Positions 35,461 through 47,921 of a DNA stretch of 64,000 nt are shown here, piece by piece. The stretch is from Rotaria socialis (lineage: Eukaryota): NCBI GenBank assembly GCA_905331295.1, contig CAJNYD010000597.1, positions 1 through 64,000 on the forward strand, in the 5' to 3' direction. The notes beneath the pieces are model-generated. The model did not search any database. It saw only the letters and a program-made list of their open reading frames with translations, and had not been told where the DNA came from. Both the position numbers and the translations under genes were made by a program. How positions within the stretch are numbered: position 1 is the stretch's first letter; each line of letters opens with the position of its first letter.

Positions 35461-36673
35461 AGATGAATTATATTGACTACTTTATTTAAATTGATATGTT
35501 TCACCTAAATGAATGATCAATTAACATTGTTGATCATCAGTACTTGTTTTTACGAGATTCACCATGAGAATTACTTTAACAGGGCAGAGACAGTGTGTAG
35601 TTCTAATTATATCTTTTGCATCTTGACCTTCAAGTACAATGATAAATTTGACATTTGCTGGTGAATCATAGATTTAATAATTAAAATCAAAGGAAGCTTC
35701 GAAAAATCGTATAAGTATTCTTACAAAACCTGGAGTTGTTCGGAATAATGCGATTATTGGAGTAGAGCAAACCGAGATCTGTCATTTAACCGTAGACTAC
35801 CGAAACGTTCGATAATATTATTTTTTTAAATTTTTTGTTGATTAATATTAACAGCAATTTTTGAATCTTTCGTATGAGAAAGAGATCATCAAATGTAAGT
35901 TTGACACGCGAGATATTACAACCTACTTTTGCTTCCCATTACAGTAAAACGTCAGGTACATTGTAAGCTACCACAACGTGTATTCGATCGATTCACACGT
36001 GCTTCTACTTCTTCGGAAGAAAATTTCTGCTTTCATGGTGATGAAATGATGTGACTAAGTAAATAAGCTGTTCTTTTGATTCTTTCATTGATTGTAATGA
36101 AAGCTTCGAAGCACAAAATCAACTGACACATGGATACCGAATGCATTGCAAGCGTTGATTCTAAAAAAAATGAATCCAAGAGAAATCGATGTGCTTCATT
36201 TACTTAGCGTTTGTAGATGCGAATGTCGGTATATATGTATGCGAAGAGAATGAACAAATTACGGAACCTCTCATACCCTTGTCACTGTAGAAACAGTTCA
36301 GATCTGACTCACTCGTTTGGAACTAGAGTCCTGTGAAGTAGTGTTGAATCCCGAAAAATTCACGCATTCGATCTCTCAATATACAATCGAATTTCAATAG
36401 GATCTAATAAAATACGATTTTAAGAATCAACTATATCAAACGACGGTTGAGTGTAAGTGCTGCTACAGTTCTTTTTCATATATCCGTTCAGCAGTTAAAC
36501 GCTAAACCGGACACATCCACACACAAGTAAAACGTGAATGTGCATTCTGCAGATTTAATCCATCGATCTCAATGAAAACTTGAATCGAAAATAAGAAACA
36601 ACAAATATAATCTTTTAAAATAAAAAAAACGTTCATTACACTTGATATTTCTTGAGACGATTAATTCAATCTC

Positions 36674-38637
36674 TTATTTGGCATTATCTTTCACTTCACT
36701 TTTTGATGAAGTAGCATCGACTGTTTTCTTTGTCGAAGTGAATTTTGGATGCTTCGGGACAGTAGAATCAGCCGCAGTAGTTGTCTTTGTCGATGAAACA
36801 TTCGTTCTAGAAGAAGTAGTAGATTTCTCTGATACTGATGAGATCGATATGCCTTCTTTTTGTAGTAATTTTTTGAAATCACTCTAGAAGAAAAGGTGTC
36901 AAATGTTCGTTCGTAGGATAGGTTTCTGTAAAAATTAAAAATTCATCTTACCTCCCAACCTAATAATTTTACTAGTTGCATTACTCCATCGTCACAAGTA
37001 CTTTTATAAAAGACATCACGACGATTTTTTCGCGAATTGAACATCAACGTAGTTCCAAACTAAATTGATGAATTTGAACATTAGATGTTATACTCTAATT
37101 TTATATTTCTCACTATAACAATAATTTATTACTTACAGGTATCAGATATGAAAATGTATGACCACCTGGTTCCATATTGATCAATAGTCGAGGACAATTA
37201 TTATCAACACTAAAATCGAATTCGATCATTGGTCAATATTCAACGATACGAAATGATTTCTATATTATTTTACTGTGAAATGAGAGTACAGAATGGTGCT
37301 ACTGCTAGTGAAGTGCCGATAATAATGAGAAAATCACATTTGGCAAAGTCCTATTTATAAAATAAGTTATTGAAATGAATGAAATCGATTTTCAAAATTT
37401 CATTTACACTTTTAACACATTCATCATATCGTTTTGGTAGATTTTCATTGGAAAAGACTATATCTAAAACAAAACGAATTATTGAACAAAGAATCAAAAT
37501 AATCACCAGAAAAAATTACCCGGTTTAATAACTCCGGTACACTTATTGCAATATGGGATTTCATCTTTAAAAATAGTGTCTAAATAAAAAAATAAAAATC
37601 TTTATCAATGTTGCCATTTCACACCCCGAGGAATTTTGATTTTGATTACAAATTCTAATCATTCTCAAGAAATTATCGGCTTAGATTAATGATAGACCTT
37701 TAATTTGCTCTAATGAGTATTCCTCTTGACAATCCAAACAATGTGCAGTAAAAAACGTCCCATTAGCTTCGACAATTTTCTCCGTTGGTACATTAGCAAT
37801 GCGTTCTAATGAGTCGATATTCTAGAAAGTCAATCCAATTATCGATTAGCCATTCTATTCCATCTTGAAATAGGGCATAAAAGGAGTTTCATTAGAACAT
37901 ACCTCTGTGAATGTACGTAGTAGTTTGCCTTTCTCATTCAATAGTCGAATGAAGTAATGAGTCGGTGTTGGCTTAACGATAAAATTTCGTTATCGAATAG
38001 TTTGATTTCATGCAAAAATTTCGCGCCTTTTCGACTTACGTTAAACTTATTTGGATACAGTTCTTTAGCCAACACGAAGAATGGTTTTGGATTCTCCTAC
38101 GATATATAAATAGATAAGATACGGAAGAATACTAAGCTAAAATGCAAGAGAATTCAATTCAAGTATACAACACACACGAAAAAAGTCCAATTGAAATATT
38201 GCTTCGGGAAATGGCAAATTGCATTTCTCTAATTTGGAATAGAGCTCAGTGCCAGGTGAACGAAAATCCAGTATACCGGCGCTAGTTGATATACTGGCAC
38301 CACACATGACAACAACGTTTGAGCATTTACTCATGTATTCAGCAGCACCAGGTAAATCAAATGACTCTAATACACGGGGTCCTTCTTCTTCGAAGGCAGA
38401 TAGAAGAATTCCAAGGTAACCATGTAATTGATCGGTCACTAAAATAATGCAACAACTATATACTTATGTTTCATGTTTCATGTTAATTTTATCTGAACGA
38501 CTTCGCTGAATTCTTGCCACTCGTGTATCTAAATTACTAGAATTTGCTGTCGCCGAATTTGAGTCTATTTCAATAGCGCGATTATGAAAATATTTGTATT
38601 CATCCAAATCATCTATTGATTACTCACTGGTCGCCAT
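36674..38637 (-). CDS. SIRT2: Class I sirtuin (SIRT2-like) with substituted catalytic motifs
   Basis: Spliced frame read open to TAA at 36674: [63 protein letters not shown]...[40 protein letters not shown], then an S/T/K-rich tail. The 5' exon boundaries are less certain. Confidence 0.85.
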
Positions 38638-39878
38638 AGTATTCGTACTTGCAGTAAATGTTTATCTAGAATAAAATTATCTAAATCTCGTTTCTATCGC
38701 ACAATACGATATGACTGATTATTCAGAAAAAACAATACTTATGGTATGAAATACAGAATTGTGACAACCACTGCAAACAGTAGAATTTTTTTCCAACGCA
38801 CATGACGCCATCACAAATGACAAAATATTCTTTTTCGAGTAGCTTGTTGGAAGAAAACCTGTGCATGACTCACTGGCATAATCATTTGACAGTAACATTT
38901 TGTCTCCTTTTATTTCATATTGCAATAAAAGATTGATGAATTTCGGGAAGAAACACAAGTATTCATAACCTGGTTTATTTTCATAGTTTTCACTCAGATA
39001 TAGGTGTGTGGAGGGGATGTACGTTAATCAACTAGCAAACAGATTCATCTATTTCAGCAGTCGATTTCGTTGAAGTTTAATATAAAAATATTCGAGTAAT
39101 GAATCATTGTACTTTGAGGAGCAAAGAAGTGTAAAGTGACACTGAAAACATAATTTTACATAAAACAAGAAACAACGAAAATCAGTAAGAGAGAAATACA
39201 TAAGAAAATAGGTGATATGTCTTATATAACAATATCAATCATGCTGATTTTTCTAAATAATTTTTTTGTCAAAGTGGTATTTTTTCTAATGAATTATTCA
39301 CTATGAGTTGTTCGATTATAAAAACAGCAGGATTGTTCATATCTTGTCCGTGTTTAATTGTATATATTAACGTATTCATAGGAAAAATAATGACAACCGA
39401 TATGAAAGTGCACAGATATGCTGCATTTGAGTTTAACGTAAGTCCACTCAATGTGGAACAGGAGAACATTCATGCTCACACTTTTAGCATATTCTACAGT
39501 TCTTCATCTAAGAAACATTTCGACAAAGACTCATATAATTAGTAATCAAATAGGATCTGATTTTTTTTAACAGAGTACTTTGGTCCATCTGAGTATCTTC
39601 CCGTTTGTCAATTTGATCAAATTTGTTATATAAGACAGTATTGACTATTTGTTAAAGAGAATACTATTGATTTTCGGTGCGATTATTTCTGTTCTTCAGC
39701 ATGTGTTGTTGATTCTCGCTGTACTTCTGCTATCTTGTTAAAATAATTGCTTTGTAGTGCCCTGATACTCAATGTTTTTTTATATGATTATATAACTTCA
39801 GTCTCGAATTGTCTTGTACTATATAAGATGCTATAAATGTAGGAACCAGACTAGTATATTAGTGTTGATATCGTGATT

Positions 39879-40609
39879 ATGTCATTTTCAACAGTAGCAA
39901 TTATAATTTTCTCAATTTCTTGTGCTTTCTCGGCAAATGAATGTCCGAAGATTATCACACAAAAGGATTTTGATATAAGCAAGGTGAGATGATATACTGT
40001 ATTTATATGCTTCTACAAAGACTTTTATTTTGGTAATTTTATACTATGTAGTATTTTGGTTTTTGGTATGAAGCATATAGAAATGAAAACTTCTTCGAAA
40101 TTGGTTACACTTGTTCTAATGCAACATACACGAAAAATGACGATGGATCAGTAGGTGTACAGAATCAAGCACATAACTTTTTTGGTACATATGAAAGTAT
40201 TTTGGGCACAGCTAAAGTTAAAAATGCTTCAGAACCTGCAGCTTTCGAGCTTGACTTTCCCAAACCTAGTAATTATTGCACTATCATTCTTTTCTTTTTA
40301 ATTCAATATTGTGATCGTTTTTAACAGTTCCAAAAGGCGACTACAATGTTATCACTTCAAATTATGTCGATTATTCCCTCGTGTACTCTTGTCATATCCT
40401 ACCAGTGCTCAATGTTAAATCTGAATTAATTTGGATTCTATCGTAAGTAGAAAAAAGCTTTGTTAATTGAACAGTACGGACATTTTTTGTTTATCTGTTT
40501 AAGACGAACAAAAACGTTATCACCTTCGATATTGAACGAACTACAAGCAATACTGGTAAACATGGGTGTTGATGCGTCAAAAATCAAGCCAACAATACAG
40601 AATTGTTGA
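39879..40609 (+). CDS. APOD: Apolipoprotein D-like lipocalin (4 exons; not in ORF track)
   Basis: Signal peptide, CPKIITQKDFDISK|YFGFWYE (GxWY), CSNATY, YNVITSNYVDYSLVYSC, WILS|RTKTL and a terminal QNC. Confidence 0.9.
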
Positions 40610-41981
40610 TATTGGTTCTTCTGCTGTTTTTATTGTCAAATGAAAAGATTAACACTAATAGAATAAATTTAAAAAATAATATTGTTTTTACTCATATTTC
40701 CGCCACTAGAAACTTTAAGTGATCTGATTGCATTAGAATCATAAATTTGTTATTAGATCAATGGATGTTCATATGAACATTCTCATGATCACGTTGCATA
40801 TTAAAATGTACCAGCGTATCCTTTTTTAAATACTCTCAAGTGTGGGTGTTTTTTGCACACTCATATTTCATTCTTTGTAATCATGTATAATTCACCATTG
40901 GCTACTCTGCGGATAATGGTAGACTATCAGTTCTCCACTTTTCCGTGCTTATTATTGTTATCGTTTGGAAAATAGGAAACAATAATTTCTTCTTGACAAC
41001 GAAAAAAAAATAATCGTCTTCCTCACGATATCATGGCAGTAGAACAAAATGTTTTACATGTTCATTTGAAACATAATAATTAGTAAATTGACCATATTTT
41101 CTAGTCTCTTTTTCATTGAAATAAAATAACGAATACATTTACAATTATGAAGTGTTTCGATATTTATATGCATAAAACCGGTTGTGTATGAATGAGAACC
41201 ACGTTGAGATAACGTCTTCGATTATATACCAACAATAATAGTAATAGCATAATTCACCATCACCGATGTTAGAAACAACTTCAATCCTTATGAAAGATTT
41301 TTTTATACGAATATATGCTATCGCATGACTCTAAATAGTAGTATCTGTAAAACTGACAAAATTAGTGAAAAAGGTTGTTACAAGGATTCTCATTGAATGG
41401 TTCTTAGTGAATTTGAAATGTTTCTCACAAAATTATATCTGAACCATCACAATTATATTCATAAGATTAATGAAAGATCTTCTGGATGTATATTACATTA
41501 ATTCCTTTTTGAGACAGCTTTGAGAAGAATTATTCGCAACTTACGTTTATCGAATTTTATCGAGTAACAACACGAGGGGCTGATAGCAACAAAAATTAAA
41601 ATAATCAGTAGCATTCTTTTTTCAGTGTTGTAATCGACTAATATTTCTCTTTTAATTTCTCTCCAATGCTATAGAAAAAGTGAGAGCTTATCAGATAAGC
41701 ACGCTGATAAGGTAGTGTCTGATATGTTACTACATTGAAATATCCAATTTTTTCTTATACTTTCATAGACAAATTAAATTGTAACACTTTAGAAAACTTG
41801 CTCAATTCAGATTGGAAACCACGTTCAGAGACACTTTCCTACTCATGAATTATTCAGATCTAGCCACTCTCATCGTTCGAAATACTTTTTTACTCTGACT
41901 AACGCAAACTTTATTCTATCATTCATGTCTATAAACGTTTAGATTTTCTGAATTATCGGTAGTTGTCTGTGATTTCAAGAT

Positions 41982-43941
41982 ATGAATCTAGTTGCATACT
42001 TCGTATTCTCGTTTTTGATGATGGAAGTAATATATGCTAGGCATTTCATGCATGGTATGCTTTTATTTTATCTTGATTATCTGTCGAAGCATTTTCTCTT
42101 TTGCAGTCGAAGAGTCTCTGCTTCGGTTATTCTTTCAGCACATTGATTTGAACAACAACGATGAACTTGATGTATATGAGTTACAGCATTTCTTTCATGA
42201 TATCGAGCCAGAAGATCCCGTCGCCGAACCACAACATTTAGTTCATATCATGAAGAGTGTTATGAAACAAGTGACAAACAACGAAGAAGTAGAGTCTTAC
42301 AGTATTTCTTGGGAACAATTTCGAGAAACCTATGCTGAACTTGATAGTCTTCCTGAAAAGGGGGTTCCACAGGTTCGTAGTTTACACTCAAATGTTGTTG
42401 TTGAATATCTCTTACTGCTTCTCTTTAGCAAATTCATCTATCTCTGCTTGCTGATGGATCTTGGTCGACTATGATAGTTATATGGATCGTGAAAGGCACT
42501 GAGAGTGAACAACAACATCCACTATCATACGTACAATACGGAAATGTTAGTGGCAGCTATATCTATGAACAAAAGGCGACAAACCGCACGTATAACGTCG
42601 GAATCGGAGGATGGAAAGGAACCATCTATGAAGCTTGGATGACGAATTTAAACCAATGCCAAACATTTTATTATAGGTAATATAGAATACGTTGAAATTT
42701 CATTGGTTGAAATCATTCTTTATCTGTTCAGAGTTGGAAACTCCAAAGTCTGGTCACACGAGAATAGCTTCAAAACAGACTGCCTTACCACCACGACACG
42801 CACATATGCTGTCATGGGTGATATGGGTACTGTCATCCCTGCCGGTTTCCTTGTGGCTAAGCAGATCAAAGAGGATCATCATATTACACCATTTTCGGCT
42901 GTTGTTCACGTGGGTGATATTAGCTATGCTGGTAATGGCGCGAAGGAAGAAATAGCAGTGAGTCGAAAAAGACAGCAAATGATCTATACTTCCATTTCTG
43001 TCTTGTTATTCTAGGAAATTTGGGATTTATGGGGCACTCAAGTAGAGCCAATCGCATCTATAGTGCCGTATATGACCAATGTGGGTAATCATGAGGCCTA
43101 TTACAATTTTACAGTCTACCGTAACCGATTCCGCATGCCAGGTCCAGAAAGTAGTGGTCTTGACAACTTCTGGTTTAGCTTTAATACTGGCCCGATTCAT
43201 TGGATCTCGATGAGTTCACAGGTTGGTTGCCGCTGGTATTTTTTTGTGATATACCTCGTTTTGGAACAATATGTTGACCCTTATTGTCTCATTCAACAGT
43301 TATAGTAGTGGATGGGTTTTAGTCCTACTGATCAAGTGTAGGACGAGACTGAATTTGATTTCTATTTTCTATTTTCAGCATTACTATGCTAAAGATGGTC
43401 CACAATATTCATGGCTCGTCAACGATCTCGCTCAGGCTGCGAAAAGCAGGATACAACAACCATTCATCATTGTTGTAACACATAGACCCTTATTGTCATC
43501 ACTTGATAACGAACTAGAGTATGTTCGGATTCTTTTTCTACAAATATTCTCTCGAATGAATCATTTAATTTTAGTCAACACTTACCCAACTCGACTCTAT
43601 TTCAAATGGTCTATCCTCTCTTTGTTGAGAATCGAGTTCAATTGATTATAACAGGTCATATGCACGCATACGAACGAATATTCTACGACAACACGACAGC
43701 CATCGTTAATAATACATACATCAATGCTCCTTCGCCTGTCATTGTGGTACAAGGAACTGGTGGAGCATTATGCAAAGATAAATGGGTAGAGCCACAGCCA
43801 TGGTGGAGTATATCACGTCTGTTAGAATACGGATATGGACGTTTGACCGTCTCAACCGATAAAATACAAAGGCGCTTACACTACGAGTATTTGCTTGAAC
43901 ACGACAAAAGTACTTATGATCAGTTTTCGATTGTAATTTAA
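41982..43941 (+). CDS. Purple acid phosphatase with a signal peptide and an N-terminal EF-hand region (multi-exon)
   Basis: All five PAP metal motifs are present: GDMG, GDISY, GNHE, VVTH, GHMH. PQ|QIHLS FN3-like N-domain; EF-hand DLNNNDELDVYE. Confidence 0.9.
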
Positions 43942-44168
43942 TTTAAAAATTCGTATTCAATATCTAAGATACTTGTAATTTTTTATTCGTTCTTATTCAA
44001 TTTGAAACACAAGGCGAAGTTTAAAAAGCTTAGTTCAGTCTTTACACAAAGAGTTGCTTTGTGTTCTGGATTCTCAAGAACAAAACTGGAAAGTATTAAT
44101 AGTTTCTTAGGTTTTGTTATGTAATAGTGTCACGTAAACAAGTGTTCAATTAGAAGATGAAAAGTGAA

Positions 44169-46612
44169 TTAATTGTTTAAAAAGATCTTGATCATAAAAA
44201 TGAGCATTGCCAACCAGTTTTGACTTGCAGTACCACATTGAAATATGATTGCTACAGCAGTTGAAGTAGAATCTGTCGTTGTAATTACAGATGTTGTGGG
44301 CATTACAACGATGGTCGAATTTATTGATATGTTTGCTGTTGTAACGAGAGCTACGCAATCATGAAAAGATCGAACAATTAAAATTAAGAACACAATCAAA
44401 TACAGGTCTCGACTGGATAGTTTTGGCAAGAAATCAACATTAAAAATATTATTTTTCTTCCCATGTTTCAGACCTCATCTTCCGTAATTCATTTAGGAAA
44501 AGCTTCTTACTTGTCTGTGTAGTTGGTCCGATGGTTGCCAAAGTACTTGATACTGTATCTATAGGATGAAGTAACACAGAAATCAGCAGAATATTGTATC
44601 GTTAAGTTTTCTATTAGTACCTGATGTTGTACCGTTTGTTAAAGAAGTAGTAGTAGTTGATACCATTATTGTTGTACTTGTGGTATTCAATACTAAAGCA
44701 ATAAATTTCACATGAGAGATGTGTGCAAGGTGAGTAATCAACCATTGAAGCTTTTTGATGACAAACTATTCAGATTTTGATTATTTACAATATCCAACTA
44801 CTATTGACTATTTGCCAGTTATTATCATGTCTATTTACCTAATTGGACCTTAAGATTTGTTTTTAGGTGACTTGTTCTCGGTATGAATGTCAGGGAAATG
44901 TATGAAATAACTTTTGTTGCCGGAAATCTTGATAGCATTAGTCGGATAAATATTTAAACAGTTTTTTCTCTCTCAACACTAAAGATGTGCGTAGTGGAAG
45001 CTAACGATAGAATCTCAAAGTCAAGATTTACTATAACCTTCAGTAGCTATTTGTCATAGTTTTGAAAGATGATATTTAATGAGTTTCAAATTATATACAA
45101 TGACAATATTATAAAGCTTCCTCTTTACCTTAGCATGTCTCAGTTGAGACGTATGAAATGAATTTTATTTCTTTCCACAATTTTTTTCTAAGAAAAATCT
45201 TATTTCACATCGATTTAGTCTCTGCTTCCGTGTATTTCAATTACACTTACCTGTACCAGAGAATTCTTCATCACTAATAAGTCTTGGATTTGTACTATTG
45301 ATTATTATCCAATCATTAGATTGAAGGCAATCTCGATATGCAGTGTAGGCACTGTGGTTACCAAAGAAACTATCTCCCCGAACGCCACCGAATATTGCCC
45401 AATCAGTCTCTTTATCTATGTTGAAATATGAAGTCATTATAATTTGTTTATTATTGATATATGTACAGAATTGTTGAAGCCAATCATATTTCGCTGTTAT
45501 ATTTGATATGTTTCCTGTGACTAAACTTGTAGAAGCATATTCGTTAATACATATCGGTTTTGTTGAAGATAAATTTTGTAATCTTGCAATCATACTATCG
45601 AATATTTGATTTGGATTTAACCAGGAACTCCAACTTTGACTTGTACCAATATTATAACCATCAATTCCCATCCAATCAACATAATGTTCTCCAACCCAAT
45701 AATTTTCAGCTGTGTAACTACCAACATCAACATTATTCACGCACCAAATCCATTGAAGTCTTGTCGAATCTAAACTTTTATTCACGAATAAATCATGTAT
45801 ATAATGCCATACCCAAACGTAATCTTGTGGAGTTGAACCAATCGACCACGGATACCAATTCCCATTCATTTCATGAGCTAAAATCATCCGAACAAAAAAT
45901 GATCATAGCTCAATCGATGTTTATTCCATCAAAGTATCAATTAAAGAAAATATAGAAATAGCTGACAATGTAGTACAATCATTAACATGCGCAAGTCAAA
46001 ATAAATAGAACTCTGGTTTAGAGACTCAGAAATTGGTTTCTCGAATCTAATCATTCTCGATATATCTCTAAGAATAAAGATTGAATAGAATGATTGAAAA
46101 TTCGTTATAATTATGATGCTGTTTCTAAATCGAACGATATATGTTACAAATTTTAGAATGTCGAACATACCCAATCGTAGATAAGCTCTTCGGTCATCAC
46201 TATTTCCTAAAACACCATCCATGCCGGCGAGCCATGCTGCCAAATAGTCCCCAAATTGATTTATATATGTATCGTAAGTATGATTTCGAACTAGGCTCAT
46301 TATACCCGGTTGACTGCTACCACCACACTTAAAAGCTTCCCATGTGATTGCTGGAATACTTCCATTATCCCATATATTTTTTAATTGATAATTGAACAAA
46401 TTATACATTGATCCATTACACCAATCAGTAAACAGTAATATCACTATTGGATGTTTGCCGACCCATGATGAAAAAGATTGAATGTCGTTCATAGCCCAGC
46501 CTTGATTACCATAGTAAATTGCTGGCATTTTATTACTGACTGCTTCACAAATATTAATCAGTGGAACAAAAGAAAATGCAAGCAATACGATTAGATTACG
46601 ATTCGTGATCAT
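44169..46612 (-). CDS. GH26 glycoside hydrolase with a Thr-rich stalk and GPI-like C-terminal signal (5 exons)
   Basis: Exons 46612-46171, 45877-45251, 44692-44621, 44558-44511 and 44350-44169, all joined by phase-1 GT-AG introns. Motifs RLAHEMNGNWYPW, YVDWMGIDGYN and KPICINEY; signal peptide; hydrophobic tail WLAMLIFMIKIFLNN. Confidence 0.85.
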
Positions 46613-47567
46613 TTTTTAAATCTATGTAGTTAATAAAAAATCTTTCTATATCTCGAACACCTGAAACAGGGAGGATATGGACATCGTTTTATTTATTTTC
46701 AACATTCAGAGTGACCGAGCTTTGTTTATTCATCTCTGATAGCTAAATATTTTTAAGGTTTCACTTGATTTTATTTTTTATATTCTCTTGAAAACAGAGA
46801 AGAGATGAAAAGAAAAAAAGACGTCTAAAACAAACACCAAAGCTTCTATTAAGATTTCAGTTTGAGCGTACTCACGTCTTTTCAATAAATATCAAAAGTA
46901 TAAACACGAGTAATTTTCACCATAAAAGTCATCCGAAAAGAATTTTTAAGAAGCAACCTTTGATTTATCAAACATCCAAAGATATCTAGCAGCACATGCA
47001 ATGTCCCAAATTCTCCGTTTTCTTTGTTTTTGTTCTTAGATTCAATTGAAAATAATAGCAAAATGCAAATATTGGCTTTATTCATATTAAGGGAGTAAAA
47101 AACTTTGAAATTCATGAAGCCAATAGTATGCTCTTATGCTTCCGACTGCATCTTGCTGATTCAATTCACTTCGATTTCTCTTAAATAATATTCACGCATG
47201 TTAATTTTCAATTTTACGATTCTTACCAAGTAAATAAGTTTATCAGATGCTAGATTCGATCAAGCAGAATTTAAAGAGTCACAATTCAATAGTACATTAG
47301 TTTTTATTTTATGAAAATATTTACAGTGAGAAAAGGAGAACAATTTGATTTCATGATCATGTTTCGAAAGATTTTCAACCACTCTTTCAGATTCTATTGC
47401 AACTATGTTCAGTTAAGAGACGATTTTTTAATCTAGAAGTTCTCATTTTAGATTGCGTACAAATCGAAGATACCAACAATCAATTCATTTTCCAAAGAAA
47501 CTTCATAGAATATTGAGTTACACGAAATTAAAAAAAACGAAAAGTCATGCTTTCTGAGCGAAAACAT

Positions 47568-47921
47568 TTATTTATTTGAGCTTCCGCTTGTGATGAGATT
47601 CCAGCTGATTAGCATTGAACTATTAGCATCGTGTGTATCGAATTTGCTGTGAACATCTTGCTTGATTGTAAAGATCAATACTCGATATTGATCTTGCTCG
47701 ATTTCCGCAAGATAGGCAGCATCATCCTCTGCAAAGTCTAAAGTATGAATTGGCCCGATAATTATGTGAAAGTATTCAGTAGGATATCTTTTGGTGAATT
47801 TCTTCCGTAAATAATTACCGATATTTGCACAAGTACCTAACATACTCAGAAATGACTGACTAGTTTGAAATGCAATATTGACCAGACGTTCACAAATTTG
47901 TCGAATTCTTCTGAGCTTGCA
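47568..47921 (-). CDS. Terminal exon of a divergent dynein-light-chain-like protein (5' exons not resolved)
   Basis: After a ttattag acceptor it reads ICERLVNIAF...ANIGNYLRKKFTKRYPTEYFHIIIG...YRVLIF, resembling the LC8 pattern [22 protein letters not shown]. Confidence 0.5.
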   Translation of the reverse strand, partial: CKLRRIRQICERLVNIAFQTSQSFLSMLGTCANIGNYLRKKFTKRYPTEYFHIIIGPIHTLDFAEDDAAYLAEIEQDQYRVLIFTIKQDVHSKFDTHDANSSMLISWNLITSGSSNK

